A stretch of 64,000 bases of DNA from Arcobacteraceae bacterium (GTDB lineage: Bacteria; Campylobacterota; Campylobacteria; Campylobacterales; Arcobacteraceae). Of the stretch, positions 1 to 11,113 are shown in pieces. The stretch spans positions 224,001 to 288,000 of the forward strand of contig OY759974.1 of the NCBI GenBank assembly GCA_963662945.1, given 5' to 3'. The position numbers and the translations under genes are program-made. The notes below the pieces were generated by a model that saw only the letters and a list, made by a program, of their open reading frames with translations, was not told the DNA's origin and searched no databases. Each line of letters starts with the position of its first letter. The stretch's first letter is position 1.

Positions 1-497
1 ATATCTATTTCTCATCTAACCCTACTCTAAACTCAAATCAAATTAACAAACTATTTGATAAAAATATAGAAAATGCAAATATAAATTTACTAAAAAATCC
101 AAACTGTAGTGAAGAAAAGATACAAGAATTTTTAGCTCTAAATGACAAAATATATAATATAACAATAGCACATAATGAAAACTTATCAACTACTATTTTT
201 CAACATTTAATAAGTCAAAATGATATAGATATCAATCTAAGCCTAGCATACAATCAAGCTACACCAAAAGAAATTTTGACACAACTCTATAATCAAAATA
301 TTCATGAGATAAATGAAGCTATAAGTCAAAACATCAATACACCTATCCATATTCTTATGCAACTTCAAGTAGATACAAGGTATAACACCCTTGTATCAAA
401 TAACCAAACATACAAAGAATTTTCAAAGAATAATTTAGGTATATTAGAGAATAATAATTTTTTTAAACGAAATACTTATATGGATACTGTTATCTAA
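1..497 (+). CDS. Partial (5'-truncated) protein with LRV/HEAT-like helical repeats
   Basis: Frame is open from base 3 to the stop at 497, longer than the listed ORF; repeated units such as IAHNENLS, LAYNQATP, ISQNINTP. Confidence 0.6.
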   Translation, partial: IYFSSNPTLNSNQINKLFDKNIENANINLLKNPNCSEEKIQEFLALNDKIYNITIAHNENLSTTIFQHLISQNDIDINLSLAYNQATPKEILTQLYNQNIHEINEAISQNINTPIHILMQLQVDTRYNTLVSNNQTYKEFSKNNLGILENNNFFKRNTYMDTVI

Positions 498-512
498 AAA
501 AATTTTATTTCT

Positions 513-1256
513 CTATTGTGCTAAAGAAAGTGCAAATTCTTTTTCTATCCCTTTTTGATTTTTATCTAAACTATTTTTTATCATTTTTGCAAAATCATCT
601 GGATATATCTCCTCTTGGTTTGTTTCTAGTCCTTTTATAATCTCAACTGCTATATCTTTTGGAGATGCTTTTGGCATATTTTCATCTGGAGTCATTTTTG
701 TATCAATTGGACCTGGTAATACTTCTAAAACATGAATATCTTTAGACATCATTTCTGCTCTGATTGCTTGAGTTAATGAATGTAAAGCACTTTTTGAAGC
801 ACAGTAAAGCCCCATAATAGGTAAGTTACAAAGTGCTAGTATAGAAGTGATATTTACTATTGCACCCTCTTTATTTATCTTATTTGATAAAAGTTGTGTT
901 ACTTTTAGTGTTCCTTGAACATTTATAATAAAATCACTATTCTCTTCATCAAATACTCTTTTACCACTATTTACACCTGCGTTATTGATGAGTAAATCTA
1001 TATTTTCAAGATTTGATAAATTATTTTCTAACATTATAGTATTTGATAAGTCTAAATCAATTATAGATATTTTATCTGATAACTCTTCTAAATATTTTCC
1101 TTTTTCTAAAGATTTTACTCCACAATATATTTTTCCAATACCTTTTTCTAATAGCTCTTTTACTATAGCAACACCAAGTCCACCATTTGCTCCTGTTACT
1201 AGTACTATTTTATTTGTTAAATCCACAGTTTTTCCTTTTATTAAGTTATTTATCAT
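513..1256 (-). CDS. Short-chain dehydrogenase/reductase (SDR)
   Basis: TGANGGLG, NNAG and YCASK motifs. Confidence 0.95.
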   Translation of the reverse strand: MINNLIKGKTVDLTNKIVLVTGANGGLGVAIVKELLEKGIGKIYCGVKSLEKGKYLEELSDKISIIDLDLSNTIMLENNLSNLENIDLLINNAGVNSGKRVFDEENSDFIINVQGTLKVTQLLSNKINKEGAIVNITSILALCNLPIMGLYCASKSALHSLTQAIRAEMMSKDIHVLEVLPGPIDTKMTPDENMPKASPKDIAVEIIKGLETNQEEIYPDDFAKMIKNSLDKNQKGIEKEFALSLAQ

Positions 1257-1296
1257 TTCGTGATATACTTTGAAATTATAGAATAAAATAAAATTT

Positions 1297-1734
1297 ATGT
1301 CAATTAGGTTTACAATGTCATTATGTTTTTTATCATTAGAATCAGGAAAAGTGTTTAATAAAGTTATCTTAAATAGACTACAGCAAAAAGGATTTACAGG
1401 GCTTACTGAAGCGCTTATTATTCTTTTCCCATATATTGACCAAGCACAAAATATCTCTATCTCTGAACTTTCAAGACAAGTAGGATACTCAAGACAAGCT
1501 ATGCATAAAAATATAAAAAAATTAGAAGAGTTAGGATATATTACCCTATCTTTAGAAAATCAAAAAGAAAAAACTATTCACTTTACACTCAAAAGTGAAA
1601 AGCTTATGAAAGAAGCAAATAAAATTATAAATGAAATTGAAAGTGAACTTAGTTTACTCCTTGGTCAAGAGCATTTAAACAACTATAAAAAACATCAAGG
1701 GGAAATTTATAGTTACTTAAATTCTTTACAATAA
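1297..1734 (+). CDS. MarR-family transcriptional regulator
   Basis: wHTH SISELSRQVGYSRQAMHKNIKKLEELGYI; divergent from the SDR gene. Confidence 0.85.
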   Translation: MSIRFTMSLCFLSLESGKVFNKVILNRLQQKGFTGLTEALIILFPYIDQAQNISISELSRQVGYSRQAMHKNIKKLEELGYITLSLENQKEKTIHFTLKSEKLMKEANKIINEIESELSLLLGQEHLNNYKKHQGEIYSYLNSLQ

Positions 1735-1753
1735 ATCGAATTTGATTATTTTA

Positions 1754-2191
1754 TTATTGTTTTGATTGAAAATATTCTTGATTTACAGCTTGAAATCTAG
1801 TTTTTCCTGTGACTGTTGTCCCCATGAATACTGGTGTTAAAGCATATCTTAAATAATACTCTTTACCTTCTTCTATTTTTAATTGAATTTTACCATGTTC
1901 AAAACCAGGCATAAACATCAAAGAACCTTTAACTGTAAAAGCATGATCTCCAGGTAAAACATTTATTACTAATTCTCTACCTACTCCTAATTTTCCAATA
2001 TATTTATCATCAATATAGAAAAATGGTTTTTCTGGATTCAAACTATGAAATGAAGTATAAGGTCTATAAATGTATACTTTTACAAGTTTTGTTTCATCTA
2101 TATTATCTATTCTATATACATCACTTTTCGTACATCCTACAAATAAAAGCGTATAAAAAAATACAATAAAAGTTAATATGAATTTTTTCAT
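1754..2191 (-). CDS. DUF2846-like lipoprotein
   Basis: Lipobox FVGC; VYIYRP and PGDH motifs. Confidence 0.75.
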   Translation of the reverse strand: MKKFILTFIVFFYTLLFVGCTKSDVYRIDNIDETKLVKVYIYRPYTSFHSLNPEKPFFYIDDKYIGKLGVGRELVINVLPGDHAFTVKGSLMFMPGFEHGKIQLKIEEGKEYYLRYALTPVFMGTTVTGKTRFQAVNQEYFQSKQ

Positions 2192-2200
2192 AATATTTCT

Positions 2201-3181
2201 TTAATCTAAATACAAATTAAGTATTTTTAGATTCCAAAGAGCTTCATTTGTTGTTTTACCTTCCCAAAAACTTTTTCTCTCTTTTAAATAACTATATGCT
2301 TCTTCTGTACCTAAATCACCTATACTTTTTAAAGCCATTGCTCTATCTTGCCACATCTTAGAATTTTTATTTAATGAAACTAAAAAATTAAATTGTGTTG
2401 TATCTCCAAGTGTACCAATACTTGAAATTGCAGCAAGTCTTATGTATTGTGCATTACTACTTGTTAATTCTTTAAGAAAACTTACTACTTTTAAATTGTT
2501 TGAAAAACCTAATTCATAAACATCAATATATGTCAGTCTTTCATTTTCTGGATTCAGTATCTTACTTTCTAATTGTTGAATATATTCATCTGTAAATTTA
2601 TATCCAAAATAATCTTTATTAATTTTAGCCACTATTTCTTTAATCAATAAGCTTATAGGCTCATTGTAGCAAATTTCAATAAACTCTTCCAAACTATTAC
2701 TAAACATCTTCGCTCTTTTAATCATCGATATAAATGTTTTTGTTGTATTCCCAATATTAACTCTTACTTTTACTGTTGATATTGTTACTAATGGAGAATA
2801 AGGTTTTTGCTCACTTATAATTTCAAAATCTTCTAATTTTAATTTATTATTACTAGAATTGACAAAATTAAATCCAATACCTCTAGCTTTAATCTCTTTT
2901 TCCAATGCTAATTTTATATATTCATTTGCTTTTATTTTTTCTTTATTATATTCTAAAATATAAACATTAGCTTTATTACCTTTTGAAATAATGTGCTCTT
3001 TTGTTAATAGACTATCAAACTGAATTTCTATTTTGTTATCTTTTTCTATATTTGAATAACTTACAGTAGATGTTTTTGGAGAGGAGACAGGCATTTCAAA
3101 TTTTAAACTACATCCCTGAAATAAACCAACAACTATACCTAATATTGTTAGCTTTAAAATCTTCTTTGATATACTTTTCAT
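2201..3181 (-). CDS. Lipoprotein with C-terminal HEAT repeats
   Basis: Lipobox FQGC; IRLAAISSIGTLGD and DRAMALKSIGDLG repeats. Confidence 0.75.
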   Translation of the reverse strand: MKSISKKILKLTILGIVVGLFQGCSLKFEMPVSSPKTSTVSYSNIEKDNKIEIQFDSLLTKEHIISKGNKANVYILEYNKEKIKANEYIKLALEKEIKARGIGFNFVNSSNNKLKLEDFEIISEQKPYSPLVTISTVKVRVNIGNTTKTFISMIKRAKMFSNSLEEFIEICYNEPISLLIKEIVAKINKDYFGYKFTDEYIQQLESKILNPENERLTYIDVYELGFSNNLKVVSFLKELTSSNAQYIRLAAISSIGTLGDTTQFNFLVSLNKNSKMWQDRAMALKSIGDLGTEEAYSYLKERKSFWEGKTTNEALWNLKILNLYLD

Positions 3182-3207
3182 ATACTTCCTTACTATTTAA
3201 TTTCTAA

Positions 3208-3266
3208 TAATTCTATCAAAACAATGTCACATCTAATGTCACATTTTTAATAAATTTTAAAATTTC
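3208..3266 (-). promoter_or_regulatory. Extended -10 promoter (TGATAGAAT on - strand) with tandem TGTCACA repeats
   Basis: AATGTCACATCTAATGTCACATTT at 3223-3246; near-identical block at about 31730-31786. Confidence 0.55.
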
Positions 3267-3297
3267 AATTATTCTAGTTATTAATAGTGCATAGTAA

Positions 3298-5676
3298 TTA
3301 AACTTGAGACTCTATAATCTTCTTCAACTCTTCACCATCGATAACCTCTTTTTTTATAAGTTCCTGTGCAACTGCTTCTATGGCACTCCAAAGTCGTTTT
3401 ACTTCATCTTCTGTATGTTTTTTAGCTTTATCTAACCACACCAGCATTCTCTCTTCTATTTTACTTTGGAAAATTGGATTATTTCCACCGAGGTCTAATC
3501 CTGAAATATTGATATACCCAAGTTCTTCATCCATACCAAATAAAGCAATTGCAGCATACACTTGCATAGTTGCAGCTTCTAAGTCACTCACTGCACCAGT
3601 TTCAAAACCATCTTCACCGAACTTTTCCATTTTTGCAACTCTTCCAGCTAAAAGTACACAAACATCATTAAAAAGTTCCTCTTTAGATGTTGCATCTACA
3701 TACTCTTCACTGTGATAAGAAACAAATCCTAAGCTTTCACTTCGAGGGGCTACTGTAACTTGCTCTATTTTTACATTTGGTAAAAGGGCATAAGATAACA
3801 CTGCATGACCTGCTTCATGATATGCTGTTTTTGCCATAGATTTTTCTATATCTCGTATCTGTTTATTTTCTAATTTTGAACCATATTTTATGATATTTAC
3901 CTGCTCTAAAAGTATCTCTTCTGTTAACTCTTTTAAGCCTTTTCTTGCAGCATACAAAGAAGCCTCTTGCCCTATTCTTTTTAATTCATTTCCACTCATA
4001 CCAGAGATGTATCTTACAACTCTTTCTATATCTATATTTTTATTATGTGGTTTTTTTAAAACATCTTTGATAAAAAATCGTCTTGCTTCCATATCTAATT
4101 TTGCTACTTCTATATGTATGTTTATTCTATTGGCTTGGATAAGTTCATGAGGTAAACTAGAACAATTATTTAAAGTAAGAATAGTAAAAATTGGAGAATC
4201 ATAACTTTGGTGTAAATTATCCAACTCTTCAAGAACAGGTTCTAAGCTCATAGTAGAAATCATCCCGTTTATGATTCCCTGAACGTCTATATCTTCAAAG
4301 ATAATAATCAAAGGAGCACTACTATATGCTTTTGCATACGCATTATGAATATTTTTTTGAGTAAAAAGGTCTGAACCATTTATCACAATATATGGCATAT
4401 CAGCTTCTTTTGCAAATGCTCTTGCTAAAAGCTTTTTCCCCATACCTGAAGGTCCACAAAGAATCATCCCTTTTGGAATATCAAGTTCAAATTGCTTTAA
4501 CCTTGTTGGGTCTTTTAATAAAGTTACTATTTCAGCTAATTCTTTTTTTACTTTTTTATGTCCTGCGATATAATCAAAGGAAATATCAGAAATATGAATA
4601 TCTTCATGGGATGCGATACTGATTTTTTCTTCCACATAAAAAGCATTTTTTATTTGACATTGTACACTACCATTTAAGGCTTCGATTTCCCATTCTAAAT
4701 TAACTCTTTTATGTTGTTTTGTAGTTTGTGTGATAAAAAACTGTTCATTTGCAAAAACATCTTGAAGAAAATTTTTTGCTTCATTTGAAACACTATAAAT
4801 AATACTTTTAACATTCTCTTTTATTTTTAATGCTTCATAGATATGATTAAATATCATTTGTGGTATTTTTTGTTTTATATGTCTTGCATTGATATATGGT
4901 GCAAGAGAAAGTGTTATAAGAGAAATAAAGTCATCATACTCTTCATACTCGATCTTTACTTTTGTTTCTTTTATAAACTCTTTTGTCATAGTTTGTAATG
5001 ACTGGTCTCCTATTTTTATCAAAGCTTTTAGTGAAAGTTTATTAAATGGGATTATTGTATGTTCATTGAGTAGAGAAAGAAGTTTTTTATCGAAAGCTTC
5101 TTCTTGTCCTCCTGATATATCTATCTTTTCATTGGCTAATTTTTCCATAAGAAAAGTATGTGCTTGTAAAGGATCTTCTTGCAACATACTTTTGAAATCT
5201 TTTCTTTGTAATAAAGAAGATAAAAGAGTCGTTGTTAAAACTAAGATAATATTTGAAAAATCAATTTCACTTTTGTCATAATCACTAAATAAAGTATAGA
5301 TTGCAAGTTGTATTTGTAAATCTGCCTTTTCAATATCCTCAAAGACAAGTATAGCTTTTGGATGATTTTGACAAAAATCAATAATCTCATCTGTAAAACT
5401 TTTCAGATTAAATTTTAATGTATCTATATTATATTGATCCATATAAAAAGTTTTTATCTCTTTGACATCAGAAGAATATTTTTCTATCAATTCACAAAAA
5501 TAATGTTTTCCACAATTTGGTGCCCCAATAAAAGTATATATATGGGGAATATTATTTTTGGTTTTTAAAATATCTGTTTGAAGTAAGGTTTTTATTAAAG
5601 TTTCAACAGCATAATCTTGATCAAATAAATTATTTTTTAAATCAGCTTCAAGCTGTTTGTAATTTTTATCTTTCAT
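3298..5676 (-). CDS. Soluble two-AAA-domain protein with C-terminal FtsH-type M41 zinc peptidase
   Basis: ClpB-NBD2-like N-domain (GAPNCGKH, FEDIEKA); FtsH-like AAA (PKGMILCGPSGMGK); HEAGH; GAVSDL; no transmembrane segment. Confidence 0.8.
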   Translation of the reverse strand: MKDKNYKQLEADLKNNLFDQDYAVETLIKTLLQTDILKTKNNIPHIYTFIGAPNCGKHYFCELIEKYSSDVKEIKTFYMDQYNIDTLKFNLKSFTDEIIDFCQNHPKAILVFEDIEKADLQIQLAIYTLFSDYDKSEIDFSNIILVLTTTLLSSLLQRKDFKSMLQEDPLQAHTFLMEKLANEKIDISGGQEEAFDKKLLSLLNEHTIIPFNKLSLKALIKIGDQSLQTMTKEFIKETKVKIEYEEYDDFISLITLSLAPYINARHIKQKIPQMIFNHIYEALKIKENVKSIIYSVSNEAKNFLQDVFANEQFFITQTTKQHKRVNLEWEIEALNGSVQCQIKNAFYVEEKISIASHEDIHISDISFDYIAGHKKVKKELAEIVTLLKDPTRLKQFELDIPKGMILCGPSGMGKKLLARAFAKEADMPYIVINGSDLFTQKNIHNAYAKAYSSAPLIIIFEDIDVQGIINGMISTMSLEPVLEELDNLHQSYDSPIFTILTLNNCSSLPHELIQANRINIHIEVAKLDMEARRFFIKDVLKKPHNKNIDIERVVRYISGMSGNELKRIGQEASLYAARKGLKELTEEILLEQVNIIKYGSKLENKQIRDIEKSMAKTAYHEAGHAVLSYALLPNVKIEQVTVAPRSESLGFVSYHSEEYVDATSKEELFNDVCVLLAGRVAKMEKFGEDGFETGAVSDLEAATMQVYAAIALFGMDEELGYINISGLDLGGNNPIFQSKIEERMLVWLDKAKKHTEDEVKRLWSAIEAVAQELIKKEVIDGEELKKIIESQV

Positions 5677-5711
5677 AGTAACTCTTTATAAAATATTATT
5701 TATTGTATTTA

Positions 5712-6335
5712 TTATTCAATTGTATTATACCCTCTATCACCTGCATCACCAAGTCCTGGAATAATAAATTTATCATCATTTAATTTTTCATCAATTTGTG
5801 CAACAAAAATATCAACATCATTATGAGTACTTTCTATATTTTTAAGTCCTTCAGGGGAACAAATAATATTTAATGAAATAATTTTAGAAGGAGATTTTGT
5901 CTTTATAACATCAATAGCATCATTTAAAGAACCTCCTGTTGCTAACATAGGATCAACTAGCAGTACAGTTTTACCTTTACAGTCGGGAACCCTATCATAG
6001 TAAAGTACACTTTCATGAGTTACTTCATCTCTTTTCATAGCTAAAAATCCTGCTGTAATATTTGGTAAAAGTTCCATTGCACTTTCAAGCATAGGAAGAC
6101 CTGCTCTAAGAATAGTTACTACCATTATATTCTCTTCATCAAGAGTATTAAAACTACTTTTCCCTTGCCATGTATCTATCTCTTTGTCTATCATTCGAAA
6201 TTCTTTCAATGCTTCGTAAATAAGTTGTTTTGTAATCTCTTTTATGGTGTAACGAAAAGTTAAAGCTTTTGTTTGAGTATCTCTTAAATTTGTAATTAAA
6301 GTTTTTGTTATTGGATTTGATAATTCATAAATCAT
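5712..6335 (-). CDS. upp: Uracil phosphoribosyltransferase
   Basis: ILRAG, DPMLATGGS, IIPGLGDAGDR; start set to the ATG after the AGGA RBS. Confidence 0.97.
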   Translation of the reverse strand: MIYELSNPITKTLITNLRDTQTKALTFRYTIKEITKQLIYEALKEFRMIDKEIDTWQGKSSFNTLDEENIMVVTILRAGLPMLESAMELLPNITAGFLAMKRDEVTHESVLYYDRVPDCKGKTVLLVDPMLATGGSLNDAIDVIKTKSPSKIISLNIICSPEGLKNIESTHNDVDIFVAQIDEKLNDDKFIIPGLGDAGDRGYNTIE

Positions 6336-6463
6336 ACTTTTTCCTTTTTTCATATTCTTAATTCTACACTTTTATTGCAAAAATCTATATAATCTATCTA
6401 CTTAATAGCTTTTTAAATCATCTTTGCTAAAATCCATTCATATATTACAATTATGGATAAAAT

Positions 6464-7468
6464 ATGATAGCAATAGATTTAAAAGAGGCACTTATACCAC
6501 TTATTGATTCACAAATACCAACTTTCGTTTGGGGAAGTCCTGGGGTTGGAAAGTCTTCACTTGTGGCTCAAATAGCCCTTGAAAAAGATATGAAATTTAT
6601 AGATTTGAGACTTTCACTTCTTGATCCCACTGATTTACGAGGGATTCCATTTTTTGCAAAAGAGGAGAAGAAAGCTGTTTGGGCGAAGCCTGAGTTTTTG
6701 CCAGATACTGACAGTAGCGATTTTGGAATACTTTTTTTAGATGAGATAAACTCTGCACCTCCTACTATACAAGCTGCTGCTTATCAACTTATCTTAGATA
6801 GAAAAATTGGTGAATATACTCTTCCTCAAAACTATTCTATCATCGCTGCTGGAAACTATGAAACAGATAGAGGTGTGACTTATCGTATGCCAACTCCACT
6901 TGCAAATAGATTTGTACACTTAAACTTTGATTTGGATTTTGAGAGTTGGAAACTTTGGGGATATAAAAACAATATAGATAAAAGAATCATCTCTTATCTT
7001 AGCTATAAACCAAGTGACCTTTTTATGTTTGACCCAAAATCACCAAGTAAATCGTTTGCAACGCCACGAAGTTGGAAATTTGTAGATGATATACTCAAAT
7101 CAAAGGTAAGTGAGAAACTTCTTGAAAATGTTATAGGTGGAGCTATTGGACTTGAAACTGCCCAAGAGTTTTTAAACTACACAAAAGTGATGGATGAGTT
7201 GCCAAATATAGATAAGATACTCAAAGGAATTGAAGTAGAGATACCTACAAAAAACTCCTCACTTTATGCTCTTTGTATTGGGATAGTATATGCACTAAAA
7301 GATAATTTTTCTACAAAAAATCTTACAAATGTGTTAAATTTCTCTCTTAAACTTGATGGAGAATTTACAATTTTGTTAGTTCGTGATATGCAAAAAGATG
7401 GTATTGATGTAGAGAGTAGCCCAGCGTGGAAGGGATGGGTAGATGAGCATAGATTTTTACTAACATAA
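6464..7468 (+). CDS. MoxR/dynein-related AAA+ ATPase
   Basis: GSPGVGKS, LFLDEIN, LANRF, ATPRSW. Confidence 0.9.
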   Translation: MIAIDLKEALIPLIDSQIPTFVWGSPGVGKSSLVAQIALEKDMKFIDLRLSLLDPTDLRGIPFFAKEEKKAVWAKPEFLPDTDSSDFGILFLDEINSAPPTIQAAAYQLILDRKIGEYTLPQNYSIIAAGNYETDRGVTYRMPTPLANRFVHLNFDLDFESWKLWGYKNNIDKRIISYLSYKPSDLFMFDPKSPSKSFATPRSWKFVDDILKSKVSEKLLENVIGGAIGLETAQEFLNYTKVMDELPNIDKILKGIEVEIPTKNSSLYALCIGIVYALKDNFSTKNLTNVLNFSLKLDGEFTILLVRDMQKDGIDVESSPAWKGWVDEHRFLLT

Positions 7469-7544
7469 AAAATAGAAAATGCTATAAATAAGCTATTTAG
7501 TTATATTATAATTCGCTTTTATTTTAAAAAAGGATTATATTCAT

Positions 7545-9467
7545 ATGAATACACTCAAATCAAAGCTATTAGCTACCTCAGTATTACCCCTTATCATATC
7601 AATGATACTAATAAGTATGGTAAGTATGTTTACATTTATTTCAACAAATGAAGAGATATTAAAATTTTATGAAACTGATATGATTCAGGAGAAACAACAA
7701 CTCATTAAAAATCAAATATCAACAGCAAAAAATGTAGTTGATTCTGTTTTATCAAAATACGATAATAAAGAAGAAGCAAGAGATGAGATTATCAATATTT
7801 TGTCAAATATTAGATATTTATCAAATAAAAGTGGTTACTTTTTTGCCTATGAAAAAAAAGGTGAAGATTATTACTTTGCTTTTCATGGTACAAAAGCTAA
7901 ACTCAATGGTACAAAAACAGATATAAATGCCCCAGACATAAAAGGTTTTGCATTTAGAAAAGCACTTATAGATAGTGCTACTGACGACAAATTTATCACA
8001 TATTATTACAAAAAACCAAATACAGATATAATACTGAAAAAAATTGCTTATGCTCAGTATATTCCAGAAATAAAATGGACATTAGTTACTGGAATATATG
8101 TAGATGATGTGTATGCCCAAGTACATAAACTTGAGAATAACAATGCAACTGTTTTAAGTACAACTATAACAAAATTTATAATTTTATCTTTGGTTTTATG
8201 TTTAGTCTCAGCATTCTTAATTATTTTTGTTATTCAAAACATCTTTAATAAACCATTATTAGCATTTGAAAAAGGTATTAATGGCTTTTTTAAATACTTA
8301 AATCAAGAAACAAATACAGTTACGCCGCTAGATGATACGAGAAACGATGAGTTAGGAAAAATGTCTAAAGTTGTAAATGAAAATATTAACAAAACAAAAA
8401 TAAAAATAGATGAAGATAGACAAGTTATAGATAAAACTATCGCAATTCTAGCAGAGTTTGAAAAAGGAGATTTATCTCAAAGAGTTACTATAAACACATC
8501 AAATCCAGCACTTAAAGAATTAACAAACTTACTTAATAAAATGGCTAATAACCTTGAAAAAAACATTGGAAATGTTTTAAAAGTTCTAGATGAATATTCA
8601 AATTATAATTATCTTAACAAAGTAGATATTAATGATATTAAAGAACATTTACTAAAACTTGCAAATGGTGTAAATTCTCTAGGTGATTCGATAACTCATA
8701 TGCTTCTAGATAACAAAAAAAATGGATTAACATTACAAAATAGTTCAACAACACTTTTAAACAATGTTGAAACATTAAATGTATCATCAAATGAAGCTGC
8801 TGCATCTTTAGAAGAAACAGCTGCTGCACTTGAAGAAATAACTTCAAATATAGCTAGTAATACTCAAAATGTAATACAAATGGCTCAGTATGCAAATGAG
8901 GTAACACAATCTGTAAATACTGGGCAAACTCTTGCAAACCAAACAACAATATCAATGGATGATATTAATAATGAGGTGATTTCTATTCATGAAGCAATAA
9001 CTGTTATTGATCAAATTGCATTCCAAACAAATATTCTAAGTTTAAATGCTGCTGTTGAAGCTGCAACTGCTGGTGAAGCTGGAAAAGGTTTTGCTGTTGT
9101 TGCTCAAGAAGTTAGAAATCTCGCTTCTAGAAGTGCAGATGCAGCAAATGAGATCAAAAATCTTGTAGAAAAAGCTACCCAAAAAGCGAATGATGGAAAA
9201 AATATCGCTACAAAAATGATAGATGGATATACGCATCTTAATGAAAGTATTTCAAAAACTATCGAACTGATCTCAAATGTTGAAAGTGCAAGCAAAGAGC
9301 AACAAACAGGAATAATTCAAATAAATAATGCAATTAATCTACTTGACCAACAAACACAAAAAAATGCTTCTGTAGCAAGTAATACAAAAACAATTGCTAT
9401 CCAAACACAAAATATTGCAAATACTGTTGTAAATAATGCCAACAATAAACAATTCAAGGGAAAATAA
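7545..9467 (+). CDS. Methyl-accepting chemotaxis protein with Cache sensor domain
   Basis: Two TM helices, Cache-like GYFF...[11 protein letters not shown], signalling domain [31 protein letters not shown]. Confidence 0.97.
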   Translation: MNTLKSKLLATSVLPLIISMILISMVSMFTFISTNEEILKFYETDMIQEKQQLIKNQISTAKNVVDSVLSKYDNKEEARDEIINILSNIRYLSNKSGYFFAYEKKGEDYYFAFHGTKAKLNGTKTDINAPDIKGFAFRKALIDSATDDKFITYYYKKPNTDIILKKIAYAQYIPEIKWTLVTGIYVDDVYAQVHKLENNNATVLSTTITKFIILSLVLCLVSAFLIIFVIQNIFNKPLLAFEKGINGFFKYLNQETNTVTPLDDTRNDELGKMSKVVNENINKTKIKIDEDRQVIDKTIAILAEFEKGDLSQRVTINTSNPALKELTNLLNKMANNLEKNIGNVLKVLDEYSNYNYLNKVDINDIKEHLLKLANGVNSLGDSITHMLLDNKKNGLTLQNSSTTLLNNVETLNVSSNEAAASLEETAAALEEITSNIASNTQNVIQMAQYANEVTQSVNTGQTLANQTTISMDDINNEVISIHEAITVIDQIAFQTNILSLNAAVEAATAGEAGKGFAVVAQEVRNLASRSADAANEIKNLVEKATQKANDGKNIATKMIDGYTHLNESISKTIELISNVESASKEQQTGIIQINNAINLLDQQTQKNASVASNTKTIAIQTQNIANTVVNNANNKQFKGK

Positions 9468-9508
9468 ACTATTATTTTCTCTTAAGTTAAATAGATATAA
9501 TATCTATT

Positions 9509-10612
9509 ATGACAAATCAACAACTTATAGAACAACGAATCAAGCAAGTTAAAGCTAATCTTTTATTAGAACAGCCCTACTTTGGAAGCGTAGCTATGCT
9601 ACAAAAACCAAAACTCAATGAAGATATACAAACCTTCTCTTCAACACCTGAACACTTTGAATACAACGATGACTATGTAGAGTGTTTAGATGATGAAGAG
9701 TTAAGTTTTCTTCTTACAAATTCTGCTATGCACCAAACTTTAGGATATGCAAATCGTAAAGAGGGAAGAATGGATTGGCTTTGGACTATGGCACAAGATT
9801 ATGCTATAAACTCTCTTTTAGTGAACAACGGATTAAAATTACCAGATGCCCTACTTTATGATGAGAGATTTGATACTTTGAGTGCGGAAGCTATCTATAA
9901 AATACTTGAAGATGAGATAGATGAAGATAAACACACTCCAAAAGAGGTTGAAAATATCCGTTATGAAAAGATGCCAGAAGTCAACGAATATGACCAAGAC
10001 CCAGTAGATTTTGAAGATATGAATCAACAGCTTTTAAATAAAGCAAAACTTCAAGGGGATTTACCTCTTGGGATTGAGATACTTGTACCTAATTTAGACA
10101 ATGCAACTATAACTTGGGAAGATGAATTGTATACTATCATAGAAAATAGTGTCAAATTTGACTACTCCTTATTTCCACCAAATAAACGCTATATTTCACA
10201 AGATATGGCACTACCAAGTTTAAGTGGTACGCGAACAAAACTAGTTATTGCCATAGATAGTTCAGGTTCTATTGATGGGGCACTTTTAGGAAGATTTTTA
10301 AGTGAAGTTGAGTCTATTATGAATACTTTTGTAGATTTTGAGATAGATCTACTTATAGCTGATGCCAAGGTACATGAACATCATGTATTATATGCAGGAG
10401 ATGAGCTCGAATACACTATCAAAGGTGGTGGTGGTACAAGTTTTGAGGAGACATTTAAATATTGTGACGAAAATATTGATAATGTCACACTCTTTTTATA
10501 CTTCACAGATGGTTTTGGAAAAATGCCACAAGAGGAACCATTATATGATGTAGTTTGGGTCTGTGATAACAATGAAGCAACTTTTCCTTTTGGTAGAGTT
10601 TTATCTTTATAA
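9509..10612 (+). CDS. DUF2201-type peptidase-like plus vWA domain protein (AAA partner)
   Basis: AQDYAIN, MIDAS DSSGS, GGGGT, YFTDG. Confidence 0.85.
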   Translation: MTNQQLIEQRIKQVKANLLLEQPYFGSVAMLQKPKLNEDIQTFSSTPEHFEYNDDYVECLDDEELSFLLTNSAMHQTLGYANRKEGRMDWLWTMAQDYAINSLLVNNGLKLPDALLYDERFDTLSAEAIYKILEDEIDEDKHTPKEVENIRYEKMPEVNEYDQDPVDFEDMNQQLLNKAKLQGDLPLGIEILVPNLDNATITWEDELYTIIENSVKFDYSLFPPNKRYISQDMALPSLSGTRTKLVIAIDSSGSIDGALLGRFLSEVESIMNTFVDFEIDLLIADAKVHEHHVLYAGDELEYTIKGGGGTSFEETFKYCDENIDNVTLFLYFTDGFGKMPQEEPLYDVVWVCDNNEATFPFGRVLSL

Positions 10613-10633
10613 GAGTTTAGATACAATTCCACT

Positions 10634-11101
10634 ATGGTATTATCAACTATAGACAACTCTATTTTTTCAAAGATATTTTGGACTACATTATTATTCAAAC
10701 AAAATAAATACCACAAGTATGGAATACTTTTACATACAGTCAAAGTTGTAATTGGTGTACTCAAAGCGAAAGATTTTAAGTTTTTAGCAGCTGCAGTTTT
10801 TCATGATATAGGAAAACCTTTTGTAGCATACCAAGATAGTGAAGATATTCTAGTTGGAGAATACTCTTTTACAGATCATGAAGAGAGAAGTTACCAGATA
10901 GTAAAAAACTGGTTTTTTTTGAGTGATTGGACAAAAAATATAATACGATACCACTACATTATAAGAGATATAGAAAATTCTAAAAGAAAAGGTTTGTTAG
11001 ATAGACTAGCAAGACTTGAAAAGGCTTATGCCACTTTAGATGATGATTTTATAAAAGAGTTAGAGATATTTTTAATATATGATGATTATGGGAAACAATA
11101 A
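10634..11101 (+). CDS. HD-domain protein
   Basis: HT..V, FHDIGK, DHEE motifs. Confidence 0.8.
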   Translation: MVLSTIDNSIFSKIFWTTLLFKQNKYHKYGILLHTVKVVIGVLKAKDFKFLAAAVFHDIGKPFVAYQDSEDILVGEYSFTDHEERSYQIVKNWFFLSDWTKNIIRYHYIIRDIENSKRKGLLDRLARLEKAYATLDDDFIKELEIFLIYDDYGKQ

Positions 11102-11113
11102 AAGGAAACAAAA

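Noticed and set aside
3298-5676. Calling this gene ftsH or clpB
   Set aside because: No TM anchor, an extra AAA domain and degenerate Walker motifs
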